A stretch of DNA of 64,000 nucleotides from Epiperipatus broadwayi (GCA_028023455.1 JAQFVV010000009.1:12772001-12836000); one strand, 5' to 3'. Positions 11,481-23,689 are shown, counted from the first letter of the stretch. The notes: generated from the letters alone by a model not told the origin. Translations and numbers: made by a program.

Positions 11481-12789
11481 TAATAATTATTAGATTTACA
11501 TACCACTGATTAGACTAAAGAAAATATTATATGTAGAACTCATAAATACAAATATCTGTTATTCAAAAACTACTATCCAATCATTTAATATCATTATGTG
11601 ATATTATGGATGCTGAGATCACAGCATCTCAATATATAAGTTTTTTTAAAAAAATATTTTAACTAAATTTCTCAAGAAATAGTTTTTTAAAAGAATATTT
11701 TCTTCCATATTTGTTTAGTAGTAGTATGATATCAGATTTGATTACCATACTTGAGCTGTTTAATTTAATGATGACTGTAATAAAAAGAATCAGTTTGATC
11801 AACTGAATGGAACTGTTAAGCACAACTTACTTTTTATATTTATGTTACAAATGATGAATGTATATTTATTTATACGGTAAAATTGTGATTTTTCCTTATT
11901 TTTTTTTTTATAAATAAATTATTATTTGTATATTTTTTGTAATGTACATTATGTATAGTAATTAAATAAAATGGAGTATTTATTTATATAGTGACATCTG
12001 CAAAGCACATGTGTATTAGCTTATTGGCTTATTAATATTATAAATTATGCTTTATGTAAATAGCTTACTAAAAAATAACAAAGTAATAATAATCCATTTC
12101 ATGCATTTGAGGATTTTTTATTTTTATTTTTATGATTTATTTGAACTTCAAATGCTTTTATGAAATGGATTTTTACTTTATTTTTTACTTCTTAGTGGAT
12201 TTACACAAAAGCATTATTTTTTTTAAAAAACTTTTTTTAAATATTATTTTATTTTTTAGTTATAAATAAAACATATAATTTCAATCTAAATAAAATAATT
12301 TTCTTCATGTTTCTTGATTTTGCCAGTTGTATTCATTTTAAATTTGGAATTTAATATTAACCAAATTTTACTTTGTTGGCTCAGTTGTTAAGGTTCTTCC
12401 TGGGAAAAGTAAGGTTGTAAGTTCAAATTTTAATCAGGGACTGAATTTTTTTTAATTTTTAAAAATTCAAAAATTTGGACATTGTGTCAAAAACACAGAC
12501 CGAACAAGTTAATATAAAACATTTGAAATATATTATTTTGCTAATGTAAAAAAAAAAAAAAAGAACAACAAAAGTAACATAAAAAAGGCTCTTATTGCAA
12601 TGTGAGTGCACATTTTGCAGCACAACATTGAACATTTCCATTATATACATACCTATAAAAATTACTGAATCTTATAAAAAGACATGAGATTCTGATTAAA
12701 TTATTATTAAATATGAGAATCAAAACGTTTGAGAAAATTAATAATATATATATAATTTATGACCCAGGAGATTGGCTAAAAGATTTTCT

Positions 12790-13840
12790 TTAATAACTAT
12801 GATTCACTTGAGGGGAAAAAGTCTAATTCAACAAAATATTAGGATTTTTAAAAAATGTTAAAAAGATATATACTTTTAAATAGCTCTGATATATTCTATT
12901 TGAAGAATATTCTGGATTAAAATAAAAGAGAAATATGCAATTAAATGATTACTTGTATTGTTGATATATATAGAAAAATAAATTAATAGTTGTTTCATTT
13001 ATCTTGAAAAGGCATGGGATATGTAAATTGAATTTCTTTGTTGGAAATATTGAAAATTGAAAGGAAATGCCACATTGTTGTAGATATAGCAAAGATTATA
13101 AGTCAAATATTTCATTCATCTCTTGCTTATTTAATACATATTTAGATGGATTACTAAATAACTGTATCATAACGATAGTGTTAGCATTAATAGAAGGATT
13201 GTTGATTATATTCATTTGCTAATGGTATGACAACCATGGTAGAAAGTGAATTAAAAAAAATGGCCGAGCTTGTAGAAAGTTTGGAGTGAAAATAAATGTA
13301 ATAAAACTAAAACAGTAAAAGGAAAAGTTAAAAAAAAAGATTAAGAATAATCAATGGACAGGAAATTGTAGAGCATATTAAGCCTTTTAAATAATAGGAA
13401 ATTGTGATGAAGATATTACTAGAATGAGACTTAAACAAGCTTTTAAAAAGAGTAGAAAATTATTCTGTGATCCACTGGAATTAGATTTAATTATAAAGTT
13501 TTAATTTTGAATATAACTTTATAACGAGCAGAAACATGGTTAATTAAGAAATTGATGAGATTGGAGATTTTAAAAATGTTAATTTGGAGGATAATAGAAA
13601 GACAAGTTCAAAAAATAAAACCAGCATCTTTTTGAAAACGGAAATAAATAATAAAAGTAGGAAAATCACCAAAGATATATTGGAAGGAACAATAAAGGAT
13701 ATGAGAAAAAAAGAGCCAAAAAGTTCATTAATAACGTTAAAAATAAAAAGAGCTAAGGTTTATGAAGAAAAGGACAAGAGACAGAACGTCGGAAATGAGG
13801 GTTTATTGCAAGAAATCTTATCTTTTGACAATAACTAATG
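12790..13840 (+). mobile_element. Decayed RTE-clade LINE RT/3' fragment
   Basis: Remnants resembling F.DLEKAWD (~13000), LFNTYLDG (~13130), KFGVKIN (~13280) and ILEGTI (~13680); many stops; boundaries approximate. Confidence 0.5.
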
Positions 13841-13999
13841 ATAATAAAATTGCTATGGTATTTTTACAATATTAGAAGAATGAAAAGAAATAAACATTTT
13901 GTATAAAAGTTTAATATATTTTGTAAAAACAGCATTTATTTGCAAAAATAATTATTGGTTTTACTAAATTGCCTAACTTATTCTATACTTTCATTAATT

Positions 14000-14960
14000 G
14001 TTGAATTAAGATTTACGCCATTATTTTAATGAGATTTGGTATGGAAAGTAGCTTATAAACAAGTTTCTATGGATTAAAAGTAAGCGATATGTATAGTAAG
14101 AGATGTGTTAGAAATAATTCGATCACTACTAGACTTTCCTTAATAATATTAAGACAGAGTCGACTTTACAGTTCTCATTCCTTTTAAAATAAAGATTAGT
14201 TTTTATTTTAATTCGCATAAGATTAATTCGCATAAAACATTTTAGAATACCCCTTTCTTATGCTGGAAATGAAAAAAAAAAAAGACCGTCTAGATCTGAG
14301 ATGACACTTCAATTAAAGCTTTCAAAAGAAACTCCTTATTTGTCTTACCAATCAAATGAAATTCCGCAGTAAAAGGAAACGCATAACATGATTAGCTTTC
14401 CTTGACAAGTTTTCTCAAGTCACTAAGAGCAATCAAAACAAAACAGCACAGCTGACAGAAAGACACAACCTCAAGTTTTTCATTGCTTATTGATTAGACA
14501 GCTTATTTTCCCCCTTTAAAAATTTGAAAATCTTAGTGAGAAAATATCTCAAAAGAATTTCTCTATTCATTAGATGTGATTAATAAAGTTTAATTTTATT
14601 TGCAAGTTTGTCATCTAGGACGAAAACCGACTAAAGCTGTTTTAAGTTTTATTAAAGGAAAAGATGGGAGAAAAGAAATGAAACGTGATTAGAAAATGGA
14701 TTGATCAGTTTCTCATAATCCAACTATTTTGTTTTAAACAAACAAAACTTCGCAAGCTACTTGAAAAATTTGAATAAAAGTGCAGTATAAAACTTTTTTA
14801 AAATTACCATCAATATTAGATGATTAAACAAGATTACGAAGTCATAGTCGGATGCTGTACTCAAGCTACCGACAAGCTTCAGAAATGGTGAACAGTGAAA
14901 TATGATTATTAATAACAATTGGTATCCGACCAAGGATATTTCCTGCTAACTAAAGAATAC
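14000..14960. promoter_or_regulatory. CpG-retaining non-repeat segment, possible promoter / first exon of a minus-strand transcript
   Basis: Many CpGs in an otherwise CpG-depleted window; minus-strand donor TTG|GTAAGA at 14343-14349; duplicated TAATTCGCATAA motif (~14208-14236). Confidence 0.3.
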
Positions 14961-15489
14961 GTATCCTGGATCATCAAAGACTAGGAATTTTTTTCAATAC
15001 TTTTCTCCTTCATTCAATCACATAAGTCATTATGAGCCACTCATGCCATCTATCAGCTCACTATGCTAATTGTAACAATGGGATTGTGTTTATCATTTTT
15101 AATTATTGACATTTCTGATTCCAATTCATTTTTTTAAAAAACTCAAGCTCTTGAGAATTAAGAAGGCAGGGATGCAGACAAAAATAGAAAGCTGGAAGTC
15201 ATTAGTTATGATCTTTGTTCAAGGCAATACTATCACTAATGAAGTGGTTGAAACTGGATTTGAGACAGAAGTTTTAGCTGGGTAAAGATTCTATATTTAG
15301 ACAGTAGTATTTAAAAATCACTTTGCTTACAACAGATGTGAATGAGATCTAGAAAATATGGTTTAAAAATAGCCTACTTCATATATAGTCTGGCTAGGTG
15401 CCATGTTGGACATATTATTCATTAAATACCAGGAGGCAGTAGAAGTAGTAATAAAAATTTCTAAATATAAGTGTAAAGTTTACTTGACA

Positions 15490-18400
15490 GAAACTCATCA
15501 AGATTAAAATGGAAGTCAGCACTAATGGCGAATGAGCTGTCAAGATTTAAGATCAATATAACTGCTCTTAGTGAAACTCATATTCCAGAAGAAGGGAGTT
15601 TGATAGTTACAAGTTTTTTCGGAAGGTCAGATCAATTAGTAAACGAATACATAGTGTTGAATTTGCAATAAAATCTAATTTAGTATCTTCAATTCTTGGA
15701 ATGTCTTGATGTCAATTGAAAGCTAAAGATCTTAAAATTTAACATGCACAATAGTAGCAGTTCTCAATTTATTAGCATATGCTCTAACATTAGATTGAGA
15801 AAATTCTGAGAAAAAAAGTTTTATTCCTTGCTGGATAGAATTATTATAGTAAGTCTATTTTTTTTTATTGCATATATTGTTAGAATAGTAGATTTAGGCT
15901 AAAAGTTGCTGAAAATATTGGCAATGAAACTCAAATGGTCTGCTATTGTTGAAATTTTGCACAACATATGGATTGATTATCACAAATACTTTGTTGAGGT
16001 AGAAAAATTTTGGTACCTGTGAGTTTTTAAGTAAATCAATATGGCAGCCTATATTTTCAATAAATCAATAGTTTTGGCTCCCTCTTACAAAAATGTTTAC
16101 AAAAAAATGCCTGCTAGAAAACATCGTATTTAATAATTACTTTTTATTACTGTTATTTTAAGAAAAGAAATCATTGTTGAAAAATTAATTACAATATTTA
16201 CAGTTTATTTTTTTGGATTAACTTATTAACAGAAAAATGAAAAACAAAACGATATTTACACTTTATTCATGATGGCAGCATGCAATTATATCATGGATCT
16301 ATAATGCACACATTTTGGGAGGGCAGGATCCTCTATCTTTGGACATAGTTCACTGCATAATGTTCTGTTACAGGAAGGTTCCAAATTTTTATCATTATGA
16401 CAATTTAGCAAAAAAAAAAAAGTGCTGACAAAAAAGAAACATGCTGAATTGAAACAAATTATGACAATGTTAAGAGCGTCTCATTGCTTCCCATGTTAAT
16501 GTAAGTTAAAAAAAAATTGAAATAAAGCTTCTTCATAAAATGTATCAGAATTTATTTCTTTTTTTAAATTTGACAGTCAATTTATTAATGTTGTTTTAAT
16601 TTAACAGCTAACCCATCTTCTGTAGATTATTGGTCCTCAAAATTGTACATTTATCAAAAATACGGGATGCCATCTTGGTTTACTTGAAAACTCACAAGTC
16701 CCAAAATTTCTATAAAAGAACATTTTGATGCATTCATGTTCAACTAGATTACATTATAATTAGAAGTCAGAAAACAAACACACACACAAAACATTATTTG
16801 AGCCTTTCAAGTACAGGTTGTTAATCAGATCACAGATTAATATGCATAAAAATTAAAATGACAATTACATTAAAAATAGGCCTTATTCTTATCAGTTTTA
16901 GCTAGAAAAATTTATGTTCATTCTTTAAACGTATCTACAATATGTGATATATTCCAACAACTATTAAAACCCTAAAATTGCTAATTCAGACCTCCAGGAT
17001 TGTCATGTTACTGTGGCATGGAATTCTTGGGTTTACTAAAAAGAATAATAATGATTGATTTACTGACTTGATTAAAAATATGTAGCCTTTTTTATTTGAC
17101 ACAATAATAAATTATACATGGAGTTTCATAATAAATATAAAGATTTTAAGGCAGAAATTCTACAACAGAAAAAAGGCTTAAAGTGATTGGTGAATTCAAA
17201 ATGCAAAGAAGAAATACACTCATTTGATCTATTCATTTAGATATGGATAAATATATCTAACTTAGTAATGTTAAAACAGCTCTTTGCAATCTTAAGATAT
17301 CTGGAGAAAATTTAAAATATGCGGGTGTTAGTTTTAAAAATCCTAAGAATACATGGATTCACAAAGTTGTGCTACTTTATCTTAAGGATGCTTTCTCTCG
17401 TCTAATTTTTAAAAATAATGGGAGTAAACAAAATTGCAGTAATTATTATGAAGATTTTGTTCAATAGTTTGATTCCAGTCATAGATGAATCGTTACCAGA
17501 AATTCAATGCAGTGTTAGAGGTAAATGCAAGAAAAGTATTGAAAATAAAGTTGATTTATAAATTGCTTTTATTGAATTGACCAAGACCATTGACTCAAAT
17601 TAATTCAGCAGGTCTATGACATTGTTCAAATTAGATGGTCAAACATTGGCGGTCTAACAGTTAGCATAGCTGCCTTCAAAGCAGCTAGCCTGGGTTCGCT
17701 TCCCGGTCAACACTTTGACATATAAAAAAAATTAGATGATTGAGAGTTTATTTGTATTATATAACTTCTAGATGAGGGAATAAAATAAATTGTTATTACT
17801 ATAGATAGAAAATCTGAGGCATTTAAAAGGAAAACAGTTATTAAACAAGGATGTTTAATTGCACTAACAATGTTTTTGATTTTTATGATAATGGTCACTG
17901 CAATTACTTATATGCAGCTTAATGAATCAAGGATTAAAATGCATACAGATTTGATAGTAAAATTGATTAAAAGTAAAAACAAAAACTTCATTGGATTCTG
18001 GATTTATAATATGCTGATGAAGATGATTTACATTATATAGTTAATGTTTTGAAAGCAACATACAGAAGACTTTGATTTATTAATTCTTTATCAATCAGTG
18101 ATAGAAGTAAATCCTCAACAACTTTTAGCTTAGATAGTTATAATTAAAAGGTAAAGTATTTTACCACTGGAAAATGATTGTTCAACTAAATTAGTTATAT
18201 ATAGAGTTATTATTTTTATCTAATTTATTGCATGGAGGTGATATGAATACCCCATTGATGCAATATAAAGACATTAAAAAAATTTCATTTAGGGATCCTC
18301 TACAAAATTTTAAAAATACAATAACAAAATCATAAGATCAATTAATGTGTTCGTCAACTTTTTGAAGATGTGAGATTGTAGAATTCACTATTTTAAAATC

Positions 18401-18790
18401 ATATCTTCATTGGATTGGTCATGTAAAATGAATGCATAATACAAGATTTTCTAAAATAATATTTTATTACAAACCAGTGAGAGAGGTAGAATCCATTTAA
18501 AATTGTTATAAGGATTATCCCAAAAAATTCTAAAAAAGTACAATATTGATTATTTTCGTTGTGAATATGCAGAAAATAGAATACAATAGAGAACTATAAT
18601 TAATCAAGATGTTTTCAGAAAGAAAAGTTTTCTGTAGAAGAAAATAAAGATCAATCTCACAAAATATCAAATAAATTTAAAAATGGATCAACATGTTCTA
18701 CATGTGAATGTATTTAATTTTCAGAGTGATATATTTAATCATCGCAAAAATCATATCTAGTTCAGTAAATAACAGTAGTAGCAACAGCAT
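15490..18790 (+). mobile_element. Decayed RTE (BovB-like) LINE, APE plus RT remnants
   Basis: 'SALMANELSRFKINITALSETHIPEEG' (~15515-15600) matches the RTE endonuclease N-terminus; 'KQGCLIALTMFLIF' (~17845-17885) matches the RT GVKQGC..PTLF motif; interrupted by younger insertions. Confidence 0.7.
17638..17728 (+). mobile_element. tRNA-Gly-derived short SINE, copy 2 (anticodon position TCA)
   Basis: GTCAA-ACATTGGCGGTCTAACAGTTAGCATAGCTGC-CTTCAAA-GCAGCTAGCCTGGGTTCGCTTCCCGGTCAACAC-TTTGACAT-A tail; 10-bp TSD AAATTAGATG (17628-17637, 17729-17738). Confidence 0.85.
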
Positions 18791-18999
18791 TATTTTTATT
18801 ACCATTCTTTTCTCTTGGGAATTGAAATGACTATTTATTTGCAAGTAGCTGCTGATAATGATAAATTATAAGTATTTTAGTTATACATTCCAATTATCAT
18901 TAACAATGTATGTAGACATTAAAAGCCTAATAATGAATATGTATTTGGACTTGCAACAAATCATTTTAATACTCAGCATGCATATTATTTGACCAAAGG

Positions 19000-20300
19000 C
19001 AAGTTAAGTGTCTAGGCAATAGTGGGATAGAAAGATTTTTATAAAAGTTCTTAGAGAGAGATAATTTATTTCTGATAATTTATACAAGAAATAGCATAAC
19101 TGCTTAGAAAATATACTATATGTCTATAATTTTGAGAGGTATTACAAGAGAATGTATAGAGTTATAGAAGAATTAAATATAAATATAAAATAAATCAATT
19201 ATTTTATATAGCGCGAAGTTTTATAAACTGTAATAGCTAAACAGCATTAAGCTGTTGCACATGCGCTTTGCAGATTTTAACTATAAATGACTGAATACAA
19301 ACACTTCAAACACATGATAAAGTCTTTGGGAAAAGATAGAATGGCCATCTATCTTTTCGAACCCAAACTCTTTTGTATGGGCAAATCTTAAGTGTCTGAA
19401 AGTGAAAGCTTGAAGATATTAAATAATCACTAATATCTTCATGCTTTCACTTTCAGACACTTAAGGTTTGCCCATACAAAAGAGTTTGGGTTCGAAAAGA
19501 TAGATGGCCATTCTATCTTTTCCCAAAGACTTTATCATGTGTTTGAAGTGTTTGTATTCAGTCATTTATAGTTAAAATCTGCAAAGCGCATGTGCAACAG
19601 CTTAATGCTGTTTAGCTATTACAGTTTATAAAACTTTGCGCTATATAAAATAATTGATTTATTTACATATATTTAATTTCAAATAAGAATGATGTATCGT
19701 AAATTCTAGTAATTTTCACCAGCGTCATTCATTCAAGCATGTAAAAGTAATTTAAAGTGATTATTTAATATCTTCACGCTTTCACTTTCAGACACTTAAG
19801 ATTTGCCCATACAAAAGAGTTTGGGTTCGAAAAGATAGATGGCCATTCTATCTTTTCCCAAAGACTTTATCATGTGTTTGAAGTGTTTGTATTCAGTCAT
19901 TTATAGTTAAAATCTGCAAAGCGCATGTGCAACAGCTTAATGCTGTTTAGCTATTACAAATATAAAATATAAAACAATGTATGATAACTAGAGAAAACTT
20001 ATTATTTGATGCAAGGGTAGGAGCTTTGGGTATGAAGGAAAGCAGGCAAAAAAGGGATATAAATTTGAATTATAGATATGGAAATAGGAGGCAGGGTCTT
20101 ATATATATATATTTTGGTATATAGAACACTAAAAGAGGATCAGAAGAAATAAAAAGGTGAAGAGAATAAAAGAGATAGAGTTATTTTGGTTAGACCATTA
20201 TAATGAGAATGGGGAATATGAAAATAGTATATTGAAACCAACAAAATAGCTTTTATTAAATTAGATTAAAGGGGGTAGAGACATCAGTACAGAGAGAATA
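19000..20300 (+). mobile_element. Decayed RTE-X-like LINE 3' fragment, split by the palindromic insertion at 19191-19957
   Basis: Removing the insertion restores 'ELYRRIKYKY..MYDN..LFDARVGAL', similar to the 'IYRSKQNI..IYDNSKESSLLFKARTGSL' C-terminus of the LINE at 44.7-44.9 kb. Confidence 0.5.
19191..19957. mobile_element. Inverted-plus-tandem array of a 335-bp non-coding monomer
   Basis: Near-perfect hairpin 19191-~19660 (loop AATAATCAC, 19422-19430) followed by a head-to-tail repeat (taatatcttc at 19431 and 19766, period 335 bp); candidate TSD AAATATAAAA (19181-19190, 19958-19967). Confidence 0.9.
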
Positions 20301-21480
20301 ATTTGATGTTTGTAGATTGGAAAGTACCAATAAGTTGGAATAAGTGAATGTATTTATATTGGTACAAAAAAATTTTGGAGAGAGAAAATTTTAACTTGGC
20401 TAAAAGTCTCTAGCTATATGGCCAATGTATCAAAACTTTTGATTATTCAAAAAAAGCCATATTACATCATATCATATCACAAACAAGTGATAACATATGA
20501 TTATTATTGGTGGTAGATTGCCACTGTTAAACACCCTCTTAACATAGGTTATTTTCTTATCTCAATATTTACTTACAATGTATAAAGACATTCTAAATAG
20601 TTTGAGATTCTGATATTGATTGTTTCACAATTAAAAAAGTAAATTTTTAAATTGTCAACAAGTCAACTCTCTCTCTCCCCCCTTTTTTTATATATATATT
20701 AATTTCTTTAAATGGTTAGTTTAAATAAGTTATATACATATATAAATTATCTTTTTTTATATGACTAGATCCGTGATAATCATTACCCCCCCCCCCACAA
20801 TGCATATTTTTATAAACTGCAATATGATAACTTTTCATGTTATAAATTCGAATTATATATATGTTTAAAAAAATAAAGTAACAAAATTTTTAACATTTAC
20901 TGGATATTTTAAAATTTGCACTTATGAAGTATATGGTTCTTCTAAAAAAGTTACAAATAATTTTGTGACTTTAAAATGTTAGTCATTTTGTGAGTGATAA
21001 TAAATATTCCAAAAGAGTGAATGAAAAAAAAACTCTTAACAATAATAAAATGTATAGATTCATTCATTATGGTTTTATTGCTTAAGTTGAAGCACCTGAA
21101 GTGAAGGATAAGTGTAATCCATAGGCTTTAAGCTCCATAGTCTGCCCATAGCATTGATTCACACAGTAAACTGAATCATTGGAAAATGTAAAAACTTACT
21201 TTGAATTAGGTTATTCTAGAAAAATGCTATTTATTATAGTTACCAAGATTTATTAATTTGATGTAATAAAATAACTTGCAGAATCAAACTTTTTAAAAGA
21301 CTGACATTTACAAAGTCAAGATTTACAATAGAATGCTAATACATTGTACAGGCTTAAACCTGCACTTATATATGTAATATATGCAGGTTCGAACTCAGAC
21401 TTTCACACGATCCACCACTCTAAGTGCCATCTCATATTGCTGACCCATCTGATCACACACATGTTGAAAAGATAAATAAT

Positions 21481-21526
21481 CACCAATATACATATTTCAT
21501 GCTAAACCAGTAATCATCAGTTGATC
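21481..21526 (-). ncRNA. Minimal type I hammerhead ribozyme motif (partly decayed)
   Basis: GATCAA CTGATGA TTACTG GTT TAGCAT GAAA TATGTA TA TTGGTG: core intact, stem II weakened. Confidence 0.65.
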
Positions 21527-22030
21527 TAGATTACTATCTTCACACATATATATAATCAGTACTCAGCTTTATATTAAGATAGCCAATCTCTATACCTTAA
21601 TGGACAAGCTTCAAACTATTCCAACTCACAACTCTTTAGCCTTCCATTTCATTGAAAATCTGATGATGCAATATTCAAAGCCCTTGTTAGTGCCAAGGTT
21701 GTCATCCTACCCATACTGACATATTAGTCATTCTGACCCCTCATGTACAGTGTGTAAAAGGTCTGCCCATCCCTCACATATGTATGTATAAATGGATTAT
21801 TCTCCTGTACATGAGGGGTAAGAATGACTAATATGTCAACATGGATAGGATGACAACCTTGGCACTAACAAGGGCTTTGAACGTTCCATCATCAGATTTT
21901 CAATGAAATGGAAGGCTAAAGAGTTGTGAGTTGGAACAGTTTGAAGCTTGTCCATTAAAGTATAAAGATTGACTATCTTAATATAAAGCTGAGTACTGAT
22001 TATATATATATGTGTGAGGATAGTAATCTA

Positions 22031-22076
22031 GACCAATTGATGATTGCTGGTTTAGCATGAAATACATACATTGGTG
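22031..22076 (+). ncRNA. Hammerhead ribozyme remnant (core mutated, probably inactive)
   Basis: GACCAA TTGATGA TTGCTG GTT TAGCAT GAAA TACATA CA TTGGTG: C3->T and U16.1->C changes. Confidence 0.55.
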
Positions 22077-22384
22077 ATTATTTATCTTTTCAACACGTGT
22101 GGGATCAGGTGTGTCAGCAATAGAATGCTAAGTAAAGCTTAAATGTTATGCTAGGCAATGTAAAATTTTATTTCACGTACTGACATATACATTTTAATGA
22201 TGCTGGTTTCCTTAAAGTTTATAATGTTGCTTTAAATTTGTAAAGCTAAAAAATATATTAAGAATAAGGCAGGTAATAACAAGCTACTATCAATGATGAT
22301 CAGGTACTACTGTCTACTTTGTAAATCTGCCTTCAGGCAGAAAACTCATCATAAATATTCAAACAAAATAGTTTATATATTTCA

Positions 22385-22468
22385 TGTATACGGGATTTAA
22401 ACTCAGACTTACACACAACCCTCAACTCTCCATGCCATATGCAGGTTTAAGCCTGTATAGTGTATTGA
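22385..22468 (+). mobile_element. 84-bp mini-insertion of the hammerhead family (3' end plus inverted B-box segment) with 13-bp TSD
   Basis: Ends in GCAGGTTTAAGCCTGTATAGTGTA, the reverse complement of the 21340 terminus; TSD TTTATATATTTCA at 22372-22384 and 22469-22481. Confidence 0.7.
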
Positions 22469-23018
22469 TTTATATATTTCAGTAAATATATATCAATATT
22501 GTAAGTATATTATTTAATTATAAAATATCAAGTGAAAATATATTTGAGGTATTGCAATAGTTATAAGTAGTAGTAGCTTGCTTGGCATATAAAAAATATA
22601 TAAAAAAAAACAATAATTACTATAATATATAATAATTCAAACTAAACTTGTATAGGATGGAGTGGATGACTGGAGGAACTTAAAAGTCTGGGTTCAAATC
22701 CCCTCTAATTAAACCTTTTCTAAATGTGGTAAACTGTTTAGGGATATGTGGCATAATATTCTCATTTTCTGTGCAACATCTAAATTTTTCCAGAACTAAC
22801 AATTTTCACTTCTATATTTGAACTACTCTTTTCTATGTTTTATCAGCATAATTATAATGTTATTAAAGATTTCTTTTTTGCCATTACATCGATATATCAC
22901 TCTTTGTTATCTTCTTTATCTTATCTTCAAAATGTGACATTATCAATAAAGCAAGTCATATATAACATGGCATTGCTTTTATAAGCTTGTATTTACAAAA
23001 ATGTAATACAGAGAGCAT

Positions 23019-23310
23019 ACCAATAGCGCAAACAAGCTCTTAATTAATAAGTGTGGTAAGAGAAAATATTTTAAAATCTCTATCCGAAATACTCTCGAAA
23101 ACTTTAGTTTCTACTTAAATATTATGTATGAAATAAGTGCTGGGTTTTGAGTTGATATTTTAGATCTAGTGTCTGAATATTCTAGCTCTTCATTGAGGTG
23201 AGCCATAAGCTTGAAACCAATTAGTCTGGGGATAAGAGTATTTCGGATAGAGATTTTAAATATTTTCTCTTACCTCACTTATCAATTAAGAGCTTGTTTG
23301 AGCTATTGGT
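23019..23310. mobile_element. MITE-like element with ~76-bp terminal inverted repeats
   Basis: accaatagcgcaaacaagctcttaatt...ctctatccgaaatactct (23019-23095) versus agagtatttcggatagag...agagcttgtttgagctattggt (23235-23310); no TSD resolved. Confidence 0.8.
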
Positions 23311-23689
23311 TATTGAACATATATGTTTAGATTTATTATTCTGATTTTCATTTTTTTTGTGTGTGTATTTGAGCCTGCTAATGTTACATTTCAAAAGAAA
23401 TTTATTTAAGAAGAAATATTACAGATACACATACTTGGTTATACAAGATGAGTAAGTGAGATTACATTGCATATAGATTAAGAAAATTATGGTAATTGGT
23501 AAAAGAACTATAATGATTTGGTGACAATGATGAAAATAAGTGATAAGCATAATTCACTACAGGTTGTCTCTTATTTTATTTCAAGTTTATTTTTGAAATT
23601 ATTTGAGTGTCTTCTATTGTTACTATTATAGAGATATATGCACCTTGTACATCTTAGTACATAGAGTATAAATGTAGTAGCATGGATTT

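Larger units (their letters stand above)
21340..22117. mobile_element. Hammerhead-bearing retrozyme-like insertion, head-to-head inverted pair with 14-bp TSD
   Basis: Arms ~21440-21750 and ~21805-22117 are reverse complements; TSD CAATAGAATGCTAA at 21326-21339 and 22118-22131; same family as 50765-51830. Confidence 0.88.

Noticed and set aside
12371-12445. tRNA gene at ~12.4 kb
   Set aside because: Only a decayed A box and B box remain and no cloverleaf forms; at most an old SINE head.
17643-17713. Functional selenocysteine or opal-suppressor tRNA gene
   Set aside because: The body is tRNA-Gly-like with no long variable arm, three acceptor-stem mismatches and an altered T-loop; it has an A tail and TSD, so it is a retrocopy.
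19191-19957. CRISPR array or Helitron interpretation of the repeats
   Set aside because: No short repeat-spacer periodicity and the context is eukaryotic; long TSDs and the lack of 5'-TC/3'-CTRR ends argue against a Helitron.
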